From: Acidobacteriota bacterium
GTDB taxonomy: Bacteria; Acidobacteriota; Aminicenantia; Aminicenantales; Saccharicenantaceae
Direction of reading: 5' to 3'
Assembly: GCA_022711665.1 (NCBI GenBank)
Contig: JAKLEN010000005.1
Coordinates: forward strand, 261-64,260
DNA length: 64,000 nt
The notes under the pieces were generated by a model. The model ran no database searches. It saw nothing but the letters and a program-made list of their open reading frames with translations, and had not been told where the DNA came from. Positions 25,975-35,678 of this stretch are shown piece after piece; the first letter of the stretch is position 1; each line of letters starts with the position of its first letter. The position numbers and the translations under genes are program-made.

Positions 25975-27855
25975 ATGAGCATCCGCCGTCCGGGTCCGAA
26001 CGCCTTTTCCGCCGTCGCGCCGGCCGTCGCGGCTGTCCTGCTGGCCGCCGTCGCCGCGGTCCTGTTCGCGCCCCCGGCGCCGGCCGCCGCCGGGCCCGGT
26101 TTCACGGTCAGCCGGGCCATGATCCCGATGCGCGACGGGATCAAGCTGAACACGGTCATCTTCGCGCCCGAGGCCGCGGCCGGCCCGCTGCCCTTCCTGA
26201 TCAAGCGCACGCCCTACGGCGTCCCGGAATCGGCCGAGCTCCTGGCCGGCGAGCCTTACGCCGAGCTGGTGGCCGACGGCTACATTTTCGTCTTCCAGGA
26301 CATCCGCGGCCGCTTCAAGTCCGAGGGGACCTTCGTCATGCAGCGGCCGCCGCGCGACCGCCGCGCCCCCCGGGCCATCGACGAGGCGACCGACGCCTAT
26401 GACACCGTGGCCTGGCTCCTGGCCCATGTCCCCGGCCACAACGGCCGGGCCGGCTTCTACGGCGTCTCCTACGACGGCTGGCTGGCCGCCCAGGCCATGA
26501 TCGACCCCCACCCGGCCCTGCGGGCCGTCTCGCCCCAGGCCTCGCCGGCCGACATGTGGCTCGGCGACGACTTCCACCACAACGGCGCTTTCCGCCTGAG
26601 CTACGGTTTCGAGTACGCGGCCATGATGGAGACGTCGAAGGAGAGTTTCAACTTCGGCTTCGACCTTTACGACACCTTCGAGTGGTACCTCCGGCTGGGG
26701 CCGCTGGGAGCGGTCAACAAGCGCATCCTCGGGGGGAGGATCCCCAGTTGGAACGACTTCGTCGCCCACCCGAACTACGACGCTTTCTGGCAAAAGCAGG
26801 CTATGGCCTCCTACCTGACCCGGGTGACGGTGCCGGCGCTGCATGTCGCCGGCTGGTGGGACCAGGAAGACTTCTACGGCCCCCAGAAGATCTACGCGAC
26901 GCTCGAGCCGCACGACGACCGGGGTCTGAGCTTCTTCGTCGCGGGGCCCTGGAACCACGGCGGCTGGATGCGGGACGGCTCCTCCCTGGGCCGGATCAAG
27001 TTCGGCGGCGACACCGCGAAATACTACCGGGCCAGGATCCAGGCCCCGTTCTTCGCCCGCTTTCTCAAGGATAAGCCGGGCTGGACCGTGCCCGAAGCAA
27101 TCACGTTCGAAACCGGGACGAACGCCTGGCAGGTCTACGACGCCTGGCCGCCGCGCAGCCTGACGGAGGACCGGGCCCTCTATCTCAGGGAGGACGGCCG
27201 CCTGGCCTTCGAGCCGCCGGCGTCCTCGGACGAGGGCGGTTTCGACAGCTACGTCTCCGACCCGGCGCATCCCGTCCCGTACCGGCCGCGGCCGATCGAG
27301 CCGACCTACGATCCGCGGGGCTCGGGCTGGCGGACCTGGCTCGTCGGCGACCAGCGCTTCGCCCACCTGCGCCCGGACGTCCTCAGTTGGGAGACGGAGC
27401 CGCTCGCCGAGGACCTCACGGTGACGGGCCGGATCCTGGCCCGCGTCTTCGCCTCGACGAGCGGCAGCGACAGCGACTGGATCGTCAAGCTCATCGACGT
27501 CTATCCCGAGGACTGCCCGGCCGAGCCGGCGATGGGCGGCTACCAGCTGATGATCGCCAACGAGGTCTTCCGCGGGCGGTTCCGGAAGAGCTTCGAGCGG
27601 CCCGAGCCGCTCGTCCCCGGAGAGGTGGCCGAGTTCGCCGTCGACCTGCACGCCGCCGACCACCGGTTCCTCAAGGGGCACAGGATCATGGTCCAGGTCC
27701 AGAGCACCTGGTTCCCGCTGATCGACCGGAACCCCCAGACCTACGTCGACAACATCTTCCTGGCCGGGGCGGAGGATTTCCGGCCGGCGACGCAGAAGGT
27801 CTTCCGTTCGAAGGCCCATCCTTCGGCCGTGGTCCTGCCCGTCCGCGTCAGGTAG
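25975..27855 (+). CDS. CocE/NonD-family hydrolase (S15 X-Pro dipeptidyl-peptidase-like alpha/beta hydrolase), exported
   Basis: GGAAGGAG precedes the ATG. A signal peptide is followed by the nucleophile elbow GVSYDGW. The C-terminal beta-sandwich domain contains LKGHRIMVQVQS. The ORF-track start at 25135 is a spurious extension. Confidence 0.8.
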   Translation: MSIRRPGPNAFSAVAPAVAAVLLAAVAAVLFAPPAPAAAGPGFTVSRAMIPMRDGIKLNTVIFAPEAAAGPLPFLIKRTPYGVPESAELLAGEPYAELVADGYIFVFQDIRGRFKSEGTFVMQRPPRDRRAPRAIDEATDAYDTVAWLLAHVPGHNGRAGFYGVSYDGWLAAQAMIDPHPALRAVSPQASPADMWLGDDFHHNGAFRLSYGFEYAAMMETSKESFNFGFDLYDTFEWYLRLGPLGAVNKRILGGRIPSWNDFVAHPNYDAFWQKQAMASYLTRVTVPALHVAGWWDQEDFYGPQKIYATLEPHDDRGLSFFVAGPWNHGGWMRDGSSLGRIKFGGDTAKYYRARIQAPFFARFLKDKPGWTVPEAITFETGTNAWQVYDAWPPRSLTEDRALYLREDGRLAFEPPASSDEGGFDSYVSDPAHPVPYRPRPIEPTYDPRGSGWRTWLVGDQRFAHLRPDVLSWETEPLAEDLTVTGRILARVFASTSGSDSDWIVKLIDVYPEDCPAEPAMGGYQLMIANEVFRGRFRKSFERPEPLVPGEVAEFAVDLHAADHRFLKGHRIMVQVQSTWFPLIDRNPQTYVDNIFLAGAEDFRPATQKVFRSKAHPSAVVLPVRVR

Positions 27856-27893
27856 GGGACGAGGGCCCGTTCCGCCCCGGGATGCCGGCGGGC

Positions 27894-28901
27894 TCAGGCC
27901 CGGCCGTTCAGGAAATTGTCCCGGTAATAGGCCCAGCCGTCGGCGATGGTCTTGTCGGCGTCGATGTAGTCCTGGCCGAACTCGCGCCGGCTCTTGGCGT
28001 TGTCGTAGTAGGCCGTCCAACCGCTCAGCCGGCCGTAGGCGGCGGTGATGAGAGGCCGCTTCCCGGTGACGCGGGCGGCCAGCTCCAGGAAGCCGCCGGC
28101 GGCCGTGAACAGGGGGCCGGGGACCCTGAACGGATAGGCGCGGCGGCCGCAGGCCCGGCCGATCCTCCGGACGACCTCGGGATAGGTCAGGTTGGCGCCG
28201 ACGACAAGATAGCTTTCGCCGTCCCGGCCGCGGCCCTCGACGGCCTTGAGGATGACGGACGCGAGATCCCGGACATCGACGATGGCCAGCCCGCCGGCGA
28301 ACGACCCGATCTGCGGGCCGCCGCTGATCATCTTGTAGAGGCGGTTGTGCGGCGTCGCCGGATTGTGGTCGCCCGGGCCCATGATCGAGGCCGGATTGAG
28401 GATGACGGCCCGGAGGCCGCGGCTGCGGACCGCGCGCTCGACGATGTCCTGGCCGCGGCGCTTCGAGGCCATGTAGAGGATGTCCGGCGGCCAGTTGAAA
28501 GGCGCTGTCTCGTCGGCCGGCGTCCCGTCCTCGTGGAAGCCCGCCGCGCCGACCGAGGAGATGTGGACCAACCGCTCGACGCCGGCCGCCAGCGAGGCCT
28601 CGACGACCGCCCGGACGCCGTCCTCGTTGACCGCTTTCAGCCTGGCCTCGTCGCCCTTCCAATAGGAAATGAGGCCGGCCATGTGGACCACCCGGTCGTG
28701 CCCGCGGACCGCCGCCGTCACCGCGGCCGGATCGGCGATGTCGCCGGGGATGAGTCGGACGCCCGCCTCCCGCCAGGACCCCGGGACGGAGTCGCCGGGC
28801 AGGACGAAGGCGTCGACGGCCCCGGCCCCATAGCGGCGGACGAGTTCGGGCATGAGGACCGCCCCGACGAATCCCGTCGCGCCGGTGACCAGGATCTTCA
28901 T
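27894..28901 (-). CDS. NAD(P)-dependent epimerase/dehydratase (extended SDR), first of three
   Basis: The Rossmann motif is MKILVTGATGFVGAVL and the catalytic motif is YMASK. The ORF-track start at 29168 is an extension. Confidence 0.8.
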   Translation of the reverse strand: MKILVTGATGFVGAVLMPELVRRYGAGAVDAFVLPGDSVPGSWREAGVRLIPGDIADPAAVTAAVRGHDRVVHMAGLISYWKGDEARLKAVNEDGVRAVVEASLAAGVERLVHISSVGAAGFHEDGTPADETAPFNWPPDILYMASKRRGQDIVERAVRSRGLRAVILNPASIMGPGDHNPATPHNRLYKMISGGPQIGSFAGGLAIVDVRDLASVILKAVEGRGRDGESYLVVGANLTYPEVVRRIGRACGRRAYPFRVPGPLFTAAGGFLELAARVTGKRPLITAAYGRLSGWTAYYDNAKSRREFGQDYIDADKTIADGWAYYRDNFLNGRA

Positions 28902-29608
28902 GCCCGGCCCTTTCTCCGGCCGAGGAAGATGAAGGTGTCCGTGGCCAGGCCGGTGGCGGCGTGAAGGACGAGGGCGTAGAGGAAGGAGCCGGTGAAGAAG
29001 GCGACGAGGCCGAAGGCCAGGCCGGCGCCGGCCGCGGCGAAGATCTCCGTATCGGGGTGGCCGATGTGGAGCAGCGTCGAGGCGATCGTCTGCACGGCCA
29101 GGGCCGGAACGAGGCCGATAGCCGGCACCAGGGGCAGGAACAGCGCGCCGCGGAACACGGATTCCCACGGCAGGTAATAGAAGACGAGGTACTGGAACTC
29201 GTAGCGGACGAAGCTTCCCGCGTCGGCGCAGGCGGCCTTGGCGAACGGGTACATCTTCCGCAGCCCGGCATCCCTGGAGCCGATGAACCCGGCCAGGACC
29301 GCGATCGGCAGCCCGGCCGCGATGATCGCGGCTCCCAGTCCGGCCCGTCCGAAGGTCCAGCCGAACGAGTCCAGCGTCTCCAGCGGCCGGCCGGCCGCCA
29401 GGGCGACGGTGAGGCAGGGGAGGGCGAGCAGGAGGCCGAAGAAGGCCAGGAAGTACCGGCGCACGGCTGCCCGCTCCCGGGGCGTCTCCTTCAGCCGGCG
29501 GAAATGGAGGACCGTGGCCAGCAGCGTCAGCCCGGCGGCGAGCTCGAGATAAACGAGGGCCAGGGCCGGACCGCCCGGCCCTGCGGCCTGCTCAAGCCAG
29601 CCAGCCAC
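28898..29608 (-). CDS. CPBP-family (CAAX protease / Abi-like) intramembrane metalloprotease
   Basis: The protein is polytopic, with the EExxxR-like motif (WESVFRGALF) and the FxxxH motif TLLHIGH. Confidence 0.7.
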   Translation of the reverse strand: MAGWLEQAAGPGGPALALVYLELAAGLTLLATVLHFRRLKETPRERAAVRRYFLAFFGLLLALPCLTVALAAGRPLETLDSFGWTFGRAGLGAAIIAAGLPIAVLAGFIGSRDAGLRKMYPFAKAACADAGSFVRYEFQYLVFYYLPWESVFRGALFLPLVPAIGLVPALAVQTIASTLLHIGHPDTEIFAAAGAGLAFGLVAFFTGSFLYALVLHAATGLATDTFIFLGRRKGRA

Positions 29609-30593
29609 AGGCCTTCTCCTTCCTGTACCAGGCCAGGATCCCGGCGAACTGCCGCTCCAGGTCGTCGTCCGGGACGTAGCCCAGCTCGGCGATCGTCCGC
29701 GAGATGTCGTAGGTCGTCTCCGTCGTGGCGCGGCGGATGCGGTAGGGGTTCAGGCTGACCTTGGCCCGCGGCAGGACCGCGGCGACGGCGCGGAGAACGC
29801 CCGACAGGAGACGGGCGGCGGCGACCGGGACATAGAGCTTCTGCCTCACCCCGACGCCGTCCTGGAGGGCCCGGAAGAACTCGCCCCACGTGGGCAGCAC
29901 GCCGTTGGTCACCGTGTAGGACCGGCCCTCGATGCCCGGCACGGTCAGGGCCAGTTCGGCGGCCCGGCAGAGGTTGTCGACGTGGCAGTAGCCGAAATGC
30001 CACCGGCCCCGGCCGGCGATGAGCGGCATGCCCCGCTCGCAGCTCTGCAGGACCTGGGCGCAGGTGATCCGGTCGTTCGGCCCGAAGACGTCGCCGGGCC
30101 GCAGAATGACCGTCGGCAGGCCGCGCCGGGCCCGGAGGTCGCGGAGCACGCTCTCCGTCCGGACTTTGTGGCGGACGTACGGCACGTAGAGGACGGAGCG
30201 GCCGGGCCGGTCTTCCGAGATGCCGCGTCCGTCCTGGCCGAGCGTCAGGGCCGTCGAGATGTAGACGAACCGCCGCAGCGGGGCCCCGGTCGACCACAGC
30301 CGCCGGACGAGGCCGAGGGTGGCGTCATAGATGTTGCGGCTGCACTCGTCGTCGCCGGCCTGGTCGGAGACCAGGGCGGCGGCGTGGATCACGTGGGTCG
30401 TCCCGGCCGGGACGTCGATCAGGTCGGCCCGGCGCAGGTCGCCCCGGATGAGCCGGACCTCGAGGCCCTCGAGGAAATGGAGATCCGAGGATCCCCGGAC
30501 CAGGGCGTCGACCTGCCAGCCCCGCTCCAGGAGCCAGCGGCAGAGGTTGGAGCCGATGAAGCCGTTGGCGCCCGTGACCAGGACCCGGCTCAT
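29592..30593 (-). CDS. NAD(P)-dependent epimerase/dehydratase (extended SDR), second of three
   Basis: The Rossmann motif is MSRVLVTGANGFIGSNL and the catalytic motif is YVRHK. Confidence 0.8.
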   Translation of the reverse strand: MSRVLVTGANGFIGSNLCRWLLERGWQVDALVRGSSDLHFLEGLEVRLIRGDLRRADLIDVPAGTTHVIHAAALVSDQAGDDECSRNIYDATLGLVRRLWSTGAPLRRFVYISTALTLGQDGRGISEDRPGRSVLYVPYVRHKVRTESVLRDLRARRGLPTVILRPGDVFGPNDRITCAQVLQSCERGMPLIAGRGRWHFGYCHVDNLCRAAELALTVPGIEGRSYTVTNGVLPTWGEFFRALQDGVGVRQKLYVPVAAARLLSGVLRAVAAVLPRAKVSLNPYRIRRATTETTYDISRTIAELGYVPDDDLERQFAGILAWYRKEKACGWLA

Positions 30594-31504
30594 GGCGTTC
30601 CTCCCGGGGCCCCGGCGGGCGTCCGGTCCCAGGCCCGTTCGAGGGCCGGCGCCACGGCGATGACCAGGAGGCCCGCGGCGACGCCGATGACCGCGTCGGC
30701 CACATAGTGGAAGCGGAGGTAGACCGTCGAGACATAGAGCGAGAGGATGATGGGCGCCAGCCAGAGCGCGCCGCGCCGGGTGTACTTCCGGGACATGAAC
30801 CACATGACCGTGGCCACGGCGCAGTGGGGGCTGGGGACGGAGCCGCCCGGCGTATGGACGTCGCTCCGGATCCACTCGCCGATGGAGCCGAACAGCCGGG
30901 CCGTCAGCGGCTCGGTCAGCTGCGTCCGGATCTTCTCCCAGTGCATCGGGCTGGCCACCGGAAAGAGGACGAAGCCGACGCTGCAGGCGAGGTTCACCAG
31001 GCCAAGCTGATAAAGGTAATCCTCGTTGGCGTCCTCGCCCCGCTTGAAGAAGATCAAAGCCCCCAGGGAGGGATAGATGACGATGTAGAAAACGTAAACG
31101 AAGAACATCCACTCGTTGAGGACGGGAGTGTAGAGCTTCTGGACGGCCACGAGCGGCTGGACGTCGTAGAGGGCCCGCTCCCAGGCCAGGACGCGGTCGT
31201 CCTGCCAGGGGAAGAAGAGGAGCTGAACCCGGCAGGCGGCGCTGTAGACCTGGAGGAAGGCCAGCTGGACCGAGCCCGTCCGGACCAGGAAGCGGAGCCA
31301 GGGCCGGCGCAGGCGCCGCAGCAGGGCCAGCGCGCCCAGGTAGATAGCGATCCAGAAAAGGTCGGCGGCGACGGCCGCGACCGGGCGCTCGATGCGGCCG
31401 GAGAAGACGACGGTCAGGAGCGTGAAGGCGACCAGCCCCCCCAGGGTGACGATGTCGGTCAGCCCGAGGTCGAGACCGGCCAGCCGGATGCGTCTGGCGC
31501 TCAT
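30590..31504 (-). CDS. PAP2-superfamily membrane phosphatase / lipid phosphotransferase-like protein
   Basis: It has six or more TM helices and the PAP2 motifs SPHCAVATV and RFHYVADAVIG. Confidence 0.7.
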   Translation of the reverse strand: MSARRIRLAGLDLGLTDIVTLGGLVAFTLLTVVFSGRIERPVAAVAADLFWIAIYLGALALLRRLRRPWLRFLVRTGSVQLAFLQVYSAACRVQLLFFPWQDDRVLAWERALYDVQPLVAVQKLYTPVLNEWMFFVYVFYIVIYPSLGALIFFKRGEDANEDYLYQLGLVNLACSVGFVLFPVASPMHWEKIRTQLTEPLTARLFGSIGEWIRSDVHTPGGSVPSPHCAVATVMWFMSRKYTRRGALWLAPIILSLYVSTVYLRFHYVADAVIGVAAGLLVIAVAPALERAWDRTPAGAPGGTP

Positions 31505-32490
31505 CGCCGGCCGCCCCCCCGTCCCGCCGCCGCGGCCTTGACCATCCGGCGGACCGAGTCCTGCATGCCGTAACGGGGTTGGAAGCCGAGCTCGCGAACG
31601 ATCTTCGAGCCGTCGTAGACCCAGAAGTACTCCCGGCCGGAGCGAACGATCTCCCGGGTCAGGGCCGGCGGCCGTCCCGTCAGCCGGGCGGCGGATTCGG
31701 CCAGGGCCGCGAAGGCCATCTGGGCGCCATAGGGGACCCGGAGCCGGAGCCGGCCGAGGCCAAGCTCGGCGGCCGCGGCCGCTATGATCTCGGGCCAGGC
31801 GTAGGCCCGGCCGTCCGTGACATAGTACGTTTGGCCGACCGCCCGGGGATCGGCGGCGGCCAGAAGGAGCGCCTCGACCAGGTCGTCGACGTCGACGAGG
31901 CTCGTCCGCGGCCGTTCGTCCCCGACGGCGGGCACGATCCTCCGGCGGAGGAGCCCGAGCGTCCGTTCCAGCTCCTTCGAGCCCGGCCCGATCACGTTCG
32001 GGGGCCGGACGATGACCGCAGGCAGGCGGCCGGAGGCCTCGAGGACGGCGCGTTCGGCGGCCAGCTTGCTGCGGCCGTAGGCGGAGACGGGGCGGGGCTC
32101 GTCGGATTCGAGGCCCGGCCGGTCGGTCCTGTTCGGCCCTCCGGCCGCGATGCTGGAGACGAGGACGAGGCGGGCCGGGGCCGGCTCCGCCCGCAGGCAG
32201 GCCTGGACGAGGTGGCGCGTGCCCTGGGCGTTGGCGGCGTCGAAGGCGCCGTCGTCGACCGCTTGGAGCACGGCGGCGGCGTGGAAAACGACCTCCCGTC
32301 CGGCCAGCGCCGCGTCGAGAGACCCCGGGTCGCGAAGGTCGCCGACCGCCAGCCTGACCGGGAGTCCCGCCAGGCCGGAAGTCCGGCTGGTCGGGCGCAC
32401 GAGGCAGACGACGTCGTGCCCGTCCCGGGCCAGCGCGGCCGCCAGACGCCCCCCGATGAAGCCGCTGGACCCGGTGACCAGGGCCCTCAT
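31501..32490 (-). CDS. NAD(P)-dependent epimerase/dehydratase (extended SDR), third of three
   Basis: The Rossmann motif is MRALVTGSSGFIGGRL and the catalytic motif is YGRSK. Confidence 0.8.
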   Translation of the reverse strand: MRALVTGSSGFIGGRLAAALARDGHDVVCLVRPTSRTSGLAGLPVRLAVGDLRDPGSLDAALAGREVVFHAAAVLQAVDDGAFDAANAQGTRHLVQACLRAEPAPARLVLVSSIAAGGPNRTDRPGLESDEPRPVSAYGRSKLAAERAVLEASGRLPAVIVRPPNVIGPGSKELERTLGLLRRRIVPAVGDERPRTSLVDVDDLVEALLLAAADPRAVGQTYYVTDGRAYAWPEIIAAAAAELGLGRLRLRVPYGAQMAFAALAESAARLTGRPPALTREIVRSGREYFWVYDGSKIVRELGFQPRYGMQDSVRRMVKAAAAGRGGGRR

Positions 32491-32761
32491 CGGCGGGGTT
32501 CCAGGCGTGGATTATTCATGGCTTTCCGGACCCAAGATTCTAGCAGAATCCCAGGGGGGAATCCAGGCAAGGCCGGCCCGTCCGCCGCCGCCTGCCGCGC
32601 GCCCGGTCCCGAGCGGTTGACATTCCCCTCCCTCCGGTGATAACGTCCCCCCCAGAAGACGGCGGAGAGGGGATCGCCCGATGGCGAGCATGCCGATTTC
32701 GTCTCATCGATCGAAGGGGAGGTCCCTGCCTGCCGCGTTCAAATCCATTCGGAGGTAGGGA

Positions 32762-35536
32762 ATGCATCCCAAGAGCAGGTTCGTCTTGTGCAGTCTGGTT
32801 CTCTGTCTCCTCTGCGGCGCCGCTTTCCTCGCGGCCCAGGAACGCGGGTCGGTCCGGGGCGTCGTCAAGGATGCCGCGGGCCAGGCGCTGGAGGGCGCCA
32901 AGGTCTCGATCACGGGCTCCCTCATCCCGCTGGGGCGGGAGTTCGTTACCGGCCGCGACGGCGCCTTCCTCTTCCAGGCGGTCCCGCCGGGCACCTACAC
33001 GGTCCTGGTCACCCATCCGCGGATGATGGACTACGCGGCCGAGGTCCTGGTCAACGTCGACCGCCAAACCACCGTCAACGTCACGCTGTCCGAGGTCGGC
33101 CGGGTCTCCGAAGAGGTGACCGTCCAGGCCGTCTCGCCCGTCGTCGACCTGAGGTCGACGGAGGTCTCGGCCAGCTGGCAGAAGGAGCTGGTCGAGAAGC
33201 TGCCCATGGGCCGGTCCTACTCCTCGCTTTTCCAGCTGGCGCCGGGCGTCGCGGACAACCGCGACTTCGCCCCTAACGCCGGCGGCAACAAGCAGGACAA
33301 CGTCTATCTCTATGACGGCTCGAACATCACCAACCCCCTCTTCGGCTACCTGGGCGCCAACTTCTCCGAGATGGACATACAGGAGGTCAACATCAAGCGC
33401 GGCGGCATCAGCGCCGAGTTCGGCCGGGCCGCCGGCATGGTGACCAACGCCATTACCAAGTCGGGCGGCAACAATTTCACCGGGTCGCTGCGGTTCGTCT
33501 TCGAGCCGTCGGGCTTCACCGGGGCCTCCAAGGACCCGACCCTGGTCACGAAATACAACCAGAGCGCGCCCTCGTTCGGACTCGGTGGGCCCCTCATCAA
33601 GGACCGCGTGTTCTTCTACGTCTCGGCCAACCTTCCGTACTCCAAGACCACCGGCCGGATCAACAACCTCGGGGACGTGCCCGACGCCAAGACGACCTCG
33701 CGCGAGTTCTTCGGCAAGATCACGGCCAATCCCTTCAAGGCCCACCTTCTCTCCGTCAGCCTCCGCAACAACGACTACACCCAGAACAACTCCGGCATCG
33801 GCGTCAACGACGCGCCGTCGGTGGCCATCGACGGCGAGGGGTCCGACTGGATCATCTACGGGTCCTGGGTCTGGACGATCTCGCAATCGACGCTCCTAGA
33901 GGCCCGCTACGACCACGTCAAGGAGAACTACTCCAGCGTGCCCATCACCGACCTGGGCTACCAGCCGGCGTTCGATATCGCCGACCTCCCGGCCATGGGC
34001 TATTTCCGGACGACCAGCGCCTACATCTTCCCGCCGGCGACGCTGAGCGGCCAGTACGTCGGCGCGGCCTCCGAGTTCAACATCCAGAATTTCTTCCGCG
34101 ACGAGGCCAAGCTCGTCCTCAGCCAGTACCTGGACCTGCCCGGCCATTCCCACGTCATCAAGGCCGGCGTCTCCTACGACGACGGCGGCGAGCATCTCGA
34201 GCGGATCGGCAACGGTTGGGGCTCGATCACGACCTACACCGGCTCCTTGAGCGGCGGCCTCCCGGCCTTCCGCGGCCGGATGTACACGCAGCAGGATCCG
34301 CAGAACTCCCGCGGCCGGACCTATTCGATCTTCGTCCAGGACAACATCACCATCGCCGACCGGCTGACCCTGACCCTGGGCGTCCTGCTCAACCGGGACG
34401 AGTTCAGCGCCAAGACGGCCGGGGAAAAGAACACCTTCCTCAAGTTCGGCTTCGGCGACGAGATCCAGCCGCGGCTCGGCTTCACCTACACGCTCTTCCC
34501 CAAGGCGGGGGACAAGATCTACGCCAACTGGGGCCGCTACAACAACATGGACAACCGCAGCCTGGCCCGGGCGGCCGCGCCCATCCGCATCTTCCGGACG
34601 GACTTTTATTTCAGCCAGGCCGACGGGACCCTGTTGAACACGGTCATCCAGGCCGGCGAGACCGGCAAGGTCATCCTGCCCAACGCCAGCGTCACGCCCG
34701 AGGGCTCGAATTATCTCAAGCCCACCTATACCGACGAGTACGTCGTCGGCTACAGCCGGCCGTTCGCCGGCCACTGGAGCGTCGAGCTCTGGGGCCAGTA
34801 CCGGACGGTCAAGCACGTCATCGAGGACTTCCCGACCGCCAACCGGGAGACCTCCCCGGGGACCTATGTCTACGGCAACCTCGACGGCCAGACCATGTCC
34901 TACGGCGGCAGCGCCGCGTTCACGGTCGGCAAGGCCAAGCGGGTCTACAAGGCGGCCAACATCGAGATCAAGAAACAGTACTCCGACAACTGGTCCCTCA
35001 GCCTGATGTACACCTGGAGCAAGCTCTACGGGAACTGGGACCTCGACTATGCGGCGGGGACGTCCCTGTTCTATTCCTCCTCCTACATCGAAGACGCCCC
35101 CGGGCTCTACATCGGCGACCCCGGCGACGCGGCCAACCTGCGCGAAGGCATCATGACCGGCAGCCGCGAGCACGTCGTCAAGGTCTTCGGCACCTGGCAG
35201 TTCTACAAGAACGCCACCCTGGGCTGGTTCGGCCGTCTCCAGAGCGGCCGGCCCTGGGAAGCCAGGCTCACCGACTATTACGGCAACTACTACCGTTACG
35301 CCGAGAAGGCCGGGTCGAGGACGCTCGACACCTGGATCAACCTGGACCTTCAGCTCTCCTACCTCATCCCGATCGGCCGCAGGTTCACCGGCACGCTCGA
35401 GGCCCGGCTGATGAACATCTTCGATACCCAGACGGTCCTGAACTGCGACGTGCGGCAGGACCAGCCGACGTTCATGGACGCGACGTCGTACGCCCCGCCC
35501 CGGAAGTTCGCGCTCTCTTTCTACCTGACCTTCTGA
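32762..35536 (+). CDS. TonB-dependent-receptor-like outer-membrane protein with carboxypeptidase-regulatory-like N-terminal domain (second copy)
   Basis: The 924-aa protein has a signal peptide, a beta-sandwich (VRGVVKDAAGQALEGAKVSI) and a plug region. It ends ...SFYLTF. Confidence 0.8.
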   Translation: MHPKSRFVLCSLVLCLLCGAAFLAAQERGSVRGVVKDAAGQALEGAKVSITGSLIPLGREFVTGRDGAFLFQAVPPGTYTVLVTHPRMMDYAAEVLVNVDRQTTVNVTLSEVGRVSEEVTVQAVSPVVDLRSTEVSASWQKELVEKLPMGRSYSSLFQLAPGVADNRDFAPNAGGNKQDNVYLYDGSNITNPLFGYLGANFSEMDIQEVNIKRGGISAEFGRAAGMVTNAITKSGGNNFTGSLRFVFEPSGFTGASKDPTLVTKYNQSAPSFGLGGPLIKDRVFFYVSANLPYSKTTGRINNLGDVPDAKTTSREFFGKITANPFKAHLLSVSLRNNDYTQNNSGIGVNDAPSVAIDGEGSDWIIYGSWVWTISQSTLLEARYDHVKENYSSVPITDLGYQPAFDIADLPAMGYFRTTSAYIFPPATLSGQYVGAASEFNIQNFFRDEAKLVLSQYLDLPGHSHVIKAGVSYDDGGEHLERIGNGWGSITTYTGSLSGGLPAFRGRMYTQQDPQNSRGRTYSIFVQDNITIADRLTLTLGVLLNRDEFSAKTAGEKNTFLKFGFGDEIQPRLGFTYTLFPKAGDKIYANWGRYNNMDNRSLARAAAPIRIFRTDFYFSQADGTLLNTVIQAGETGKVILPNASVTPEGSNYLKPTYTDEYVVGYSRPFAGHWSVELWGQYRTVKHVIEDFPTANRETSPGTYVYGNLDGQTMSYGGSAAFTVGKAKRVYKAANIEIKKQYSDNWSLSLMYTWSKLYGNWDLDYAAGTSLFYSSSYIEDAPGLYIGDPGDAANLREGIMTGSREHVVKVFGTWQFYKNATLGWFGRLQSGRPWEARLTDYYGNYYRYAEKAGSRTLDTWINLDLQLSYLIPIGRRFTGTLEARLMNIFDTQTVLNCDVRQDQPTFMDATSYAPPRKFALSFYLTF

Positions 35537-35562
35537 GGCGGTCGGATCAGAGAAGCTTGCGA

Positions 35563-35596
35563 GGGGGGCGGCCGCCGGCCGCCCCCCGTTCTTTCC
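35563..35596 (+). terminator. Rho-independent terminator after the TonB-dependent receptor gene
   Basis: The 11-bp stem GGGGGGCGGCC, a gcc loop, and GGCCGCCCCCC are followed by gTTcTTTcc. Confidence 0.6.
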
Positions 35597-35640
35597 CGGG
35601 CGGGGGAGCGGGAGCCGCATCCGGCCCTCGGCCAAGGATA

Positions 35641-35669
35641 TTGACGCCCGGGACCCGTTCTGGGATAAT
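35641..35669 (+). promoter_or_regulatory. sigma70-type promoter (TTGACG-N17-GATAAT) 9 nt upstream of the ATG at 35679
   Basis: Both hexamers are near-consensus. It implies a leaderless or near-leaderless transcript. Confidence 0.5.
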
Positions 35670-35678
35670 CGCTTCCTT

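Noticed and set aside
25873-29271. 1132-aa minus-strand ORF 25873..29271, and 25135..27855 as called with its start at 25135
   Set aside because: The first is antisense to the CocE/NonD hydrolase, which has a convincing signal peptide and catalytic motifs. The 25135 start would overlap ispH. The ATG at 25975 with a GGAAGGAG Shine-Dalgarno is the real start.
32491-32761. Possible riboswitch in the ~110-nt 5'UTR of the TonB-dependent receptor gene at 32762, and ORFs 32637..33026 / 32704..32994
   Set aside because: The leader is too short for a cobalamin riboswitch. I could not find conserved B12-box, TPP or other riboswitch cores. The small ORFs overlap the signal-peptide region of the receptor gene in other frames.
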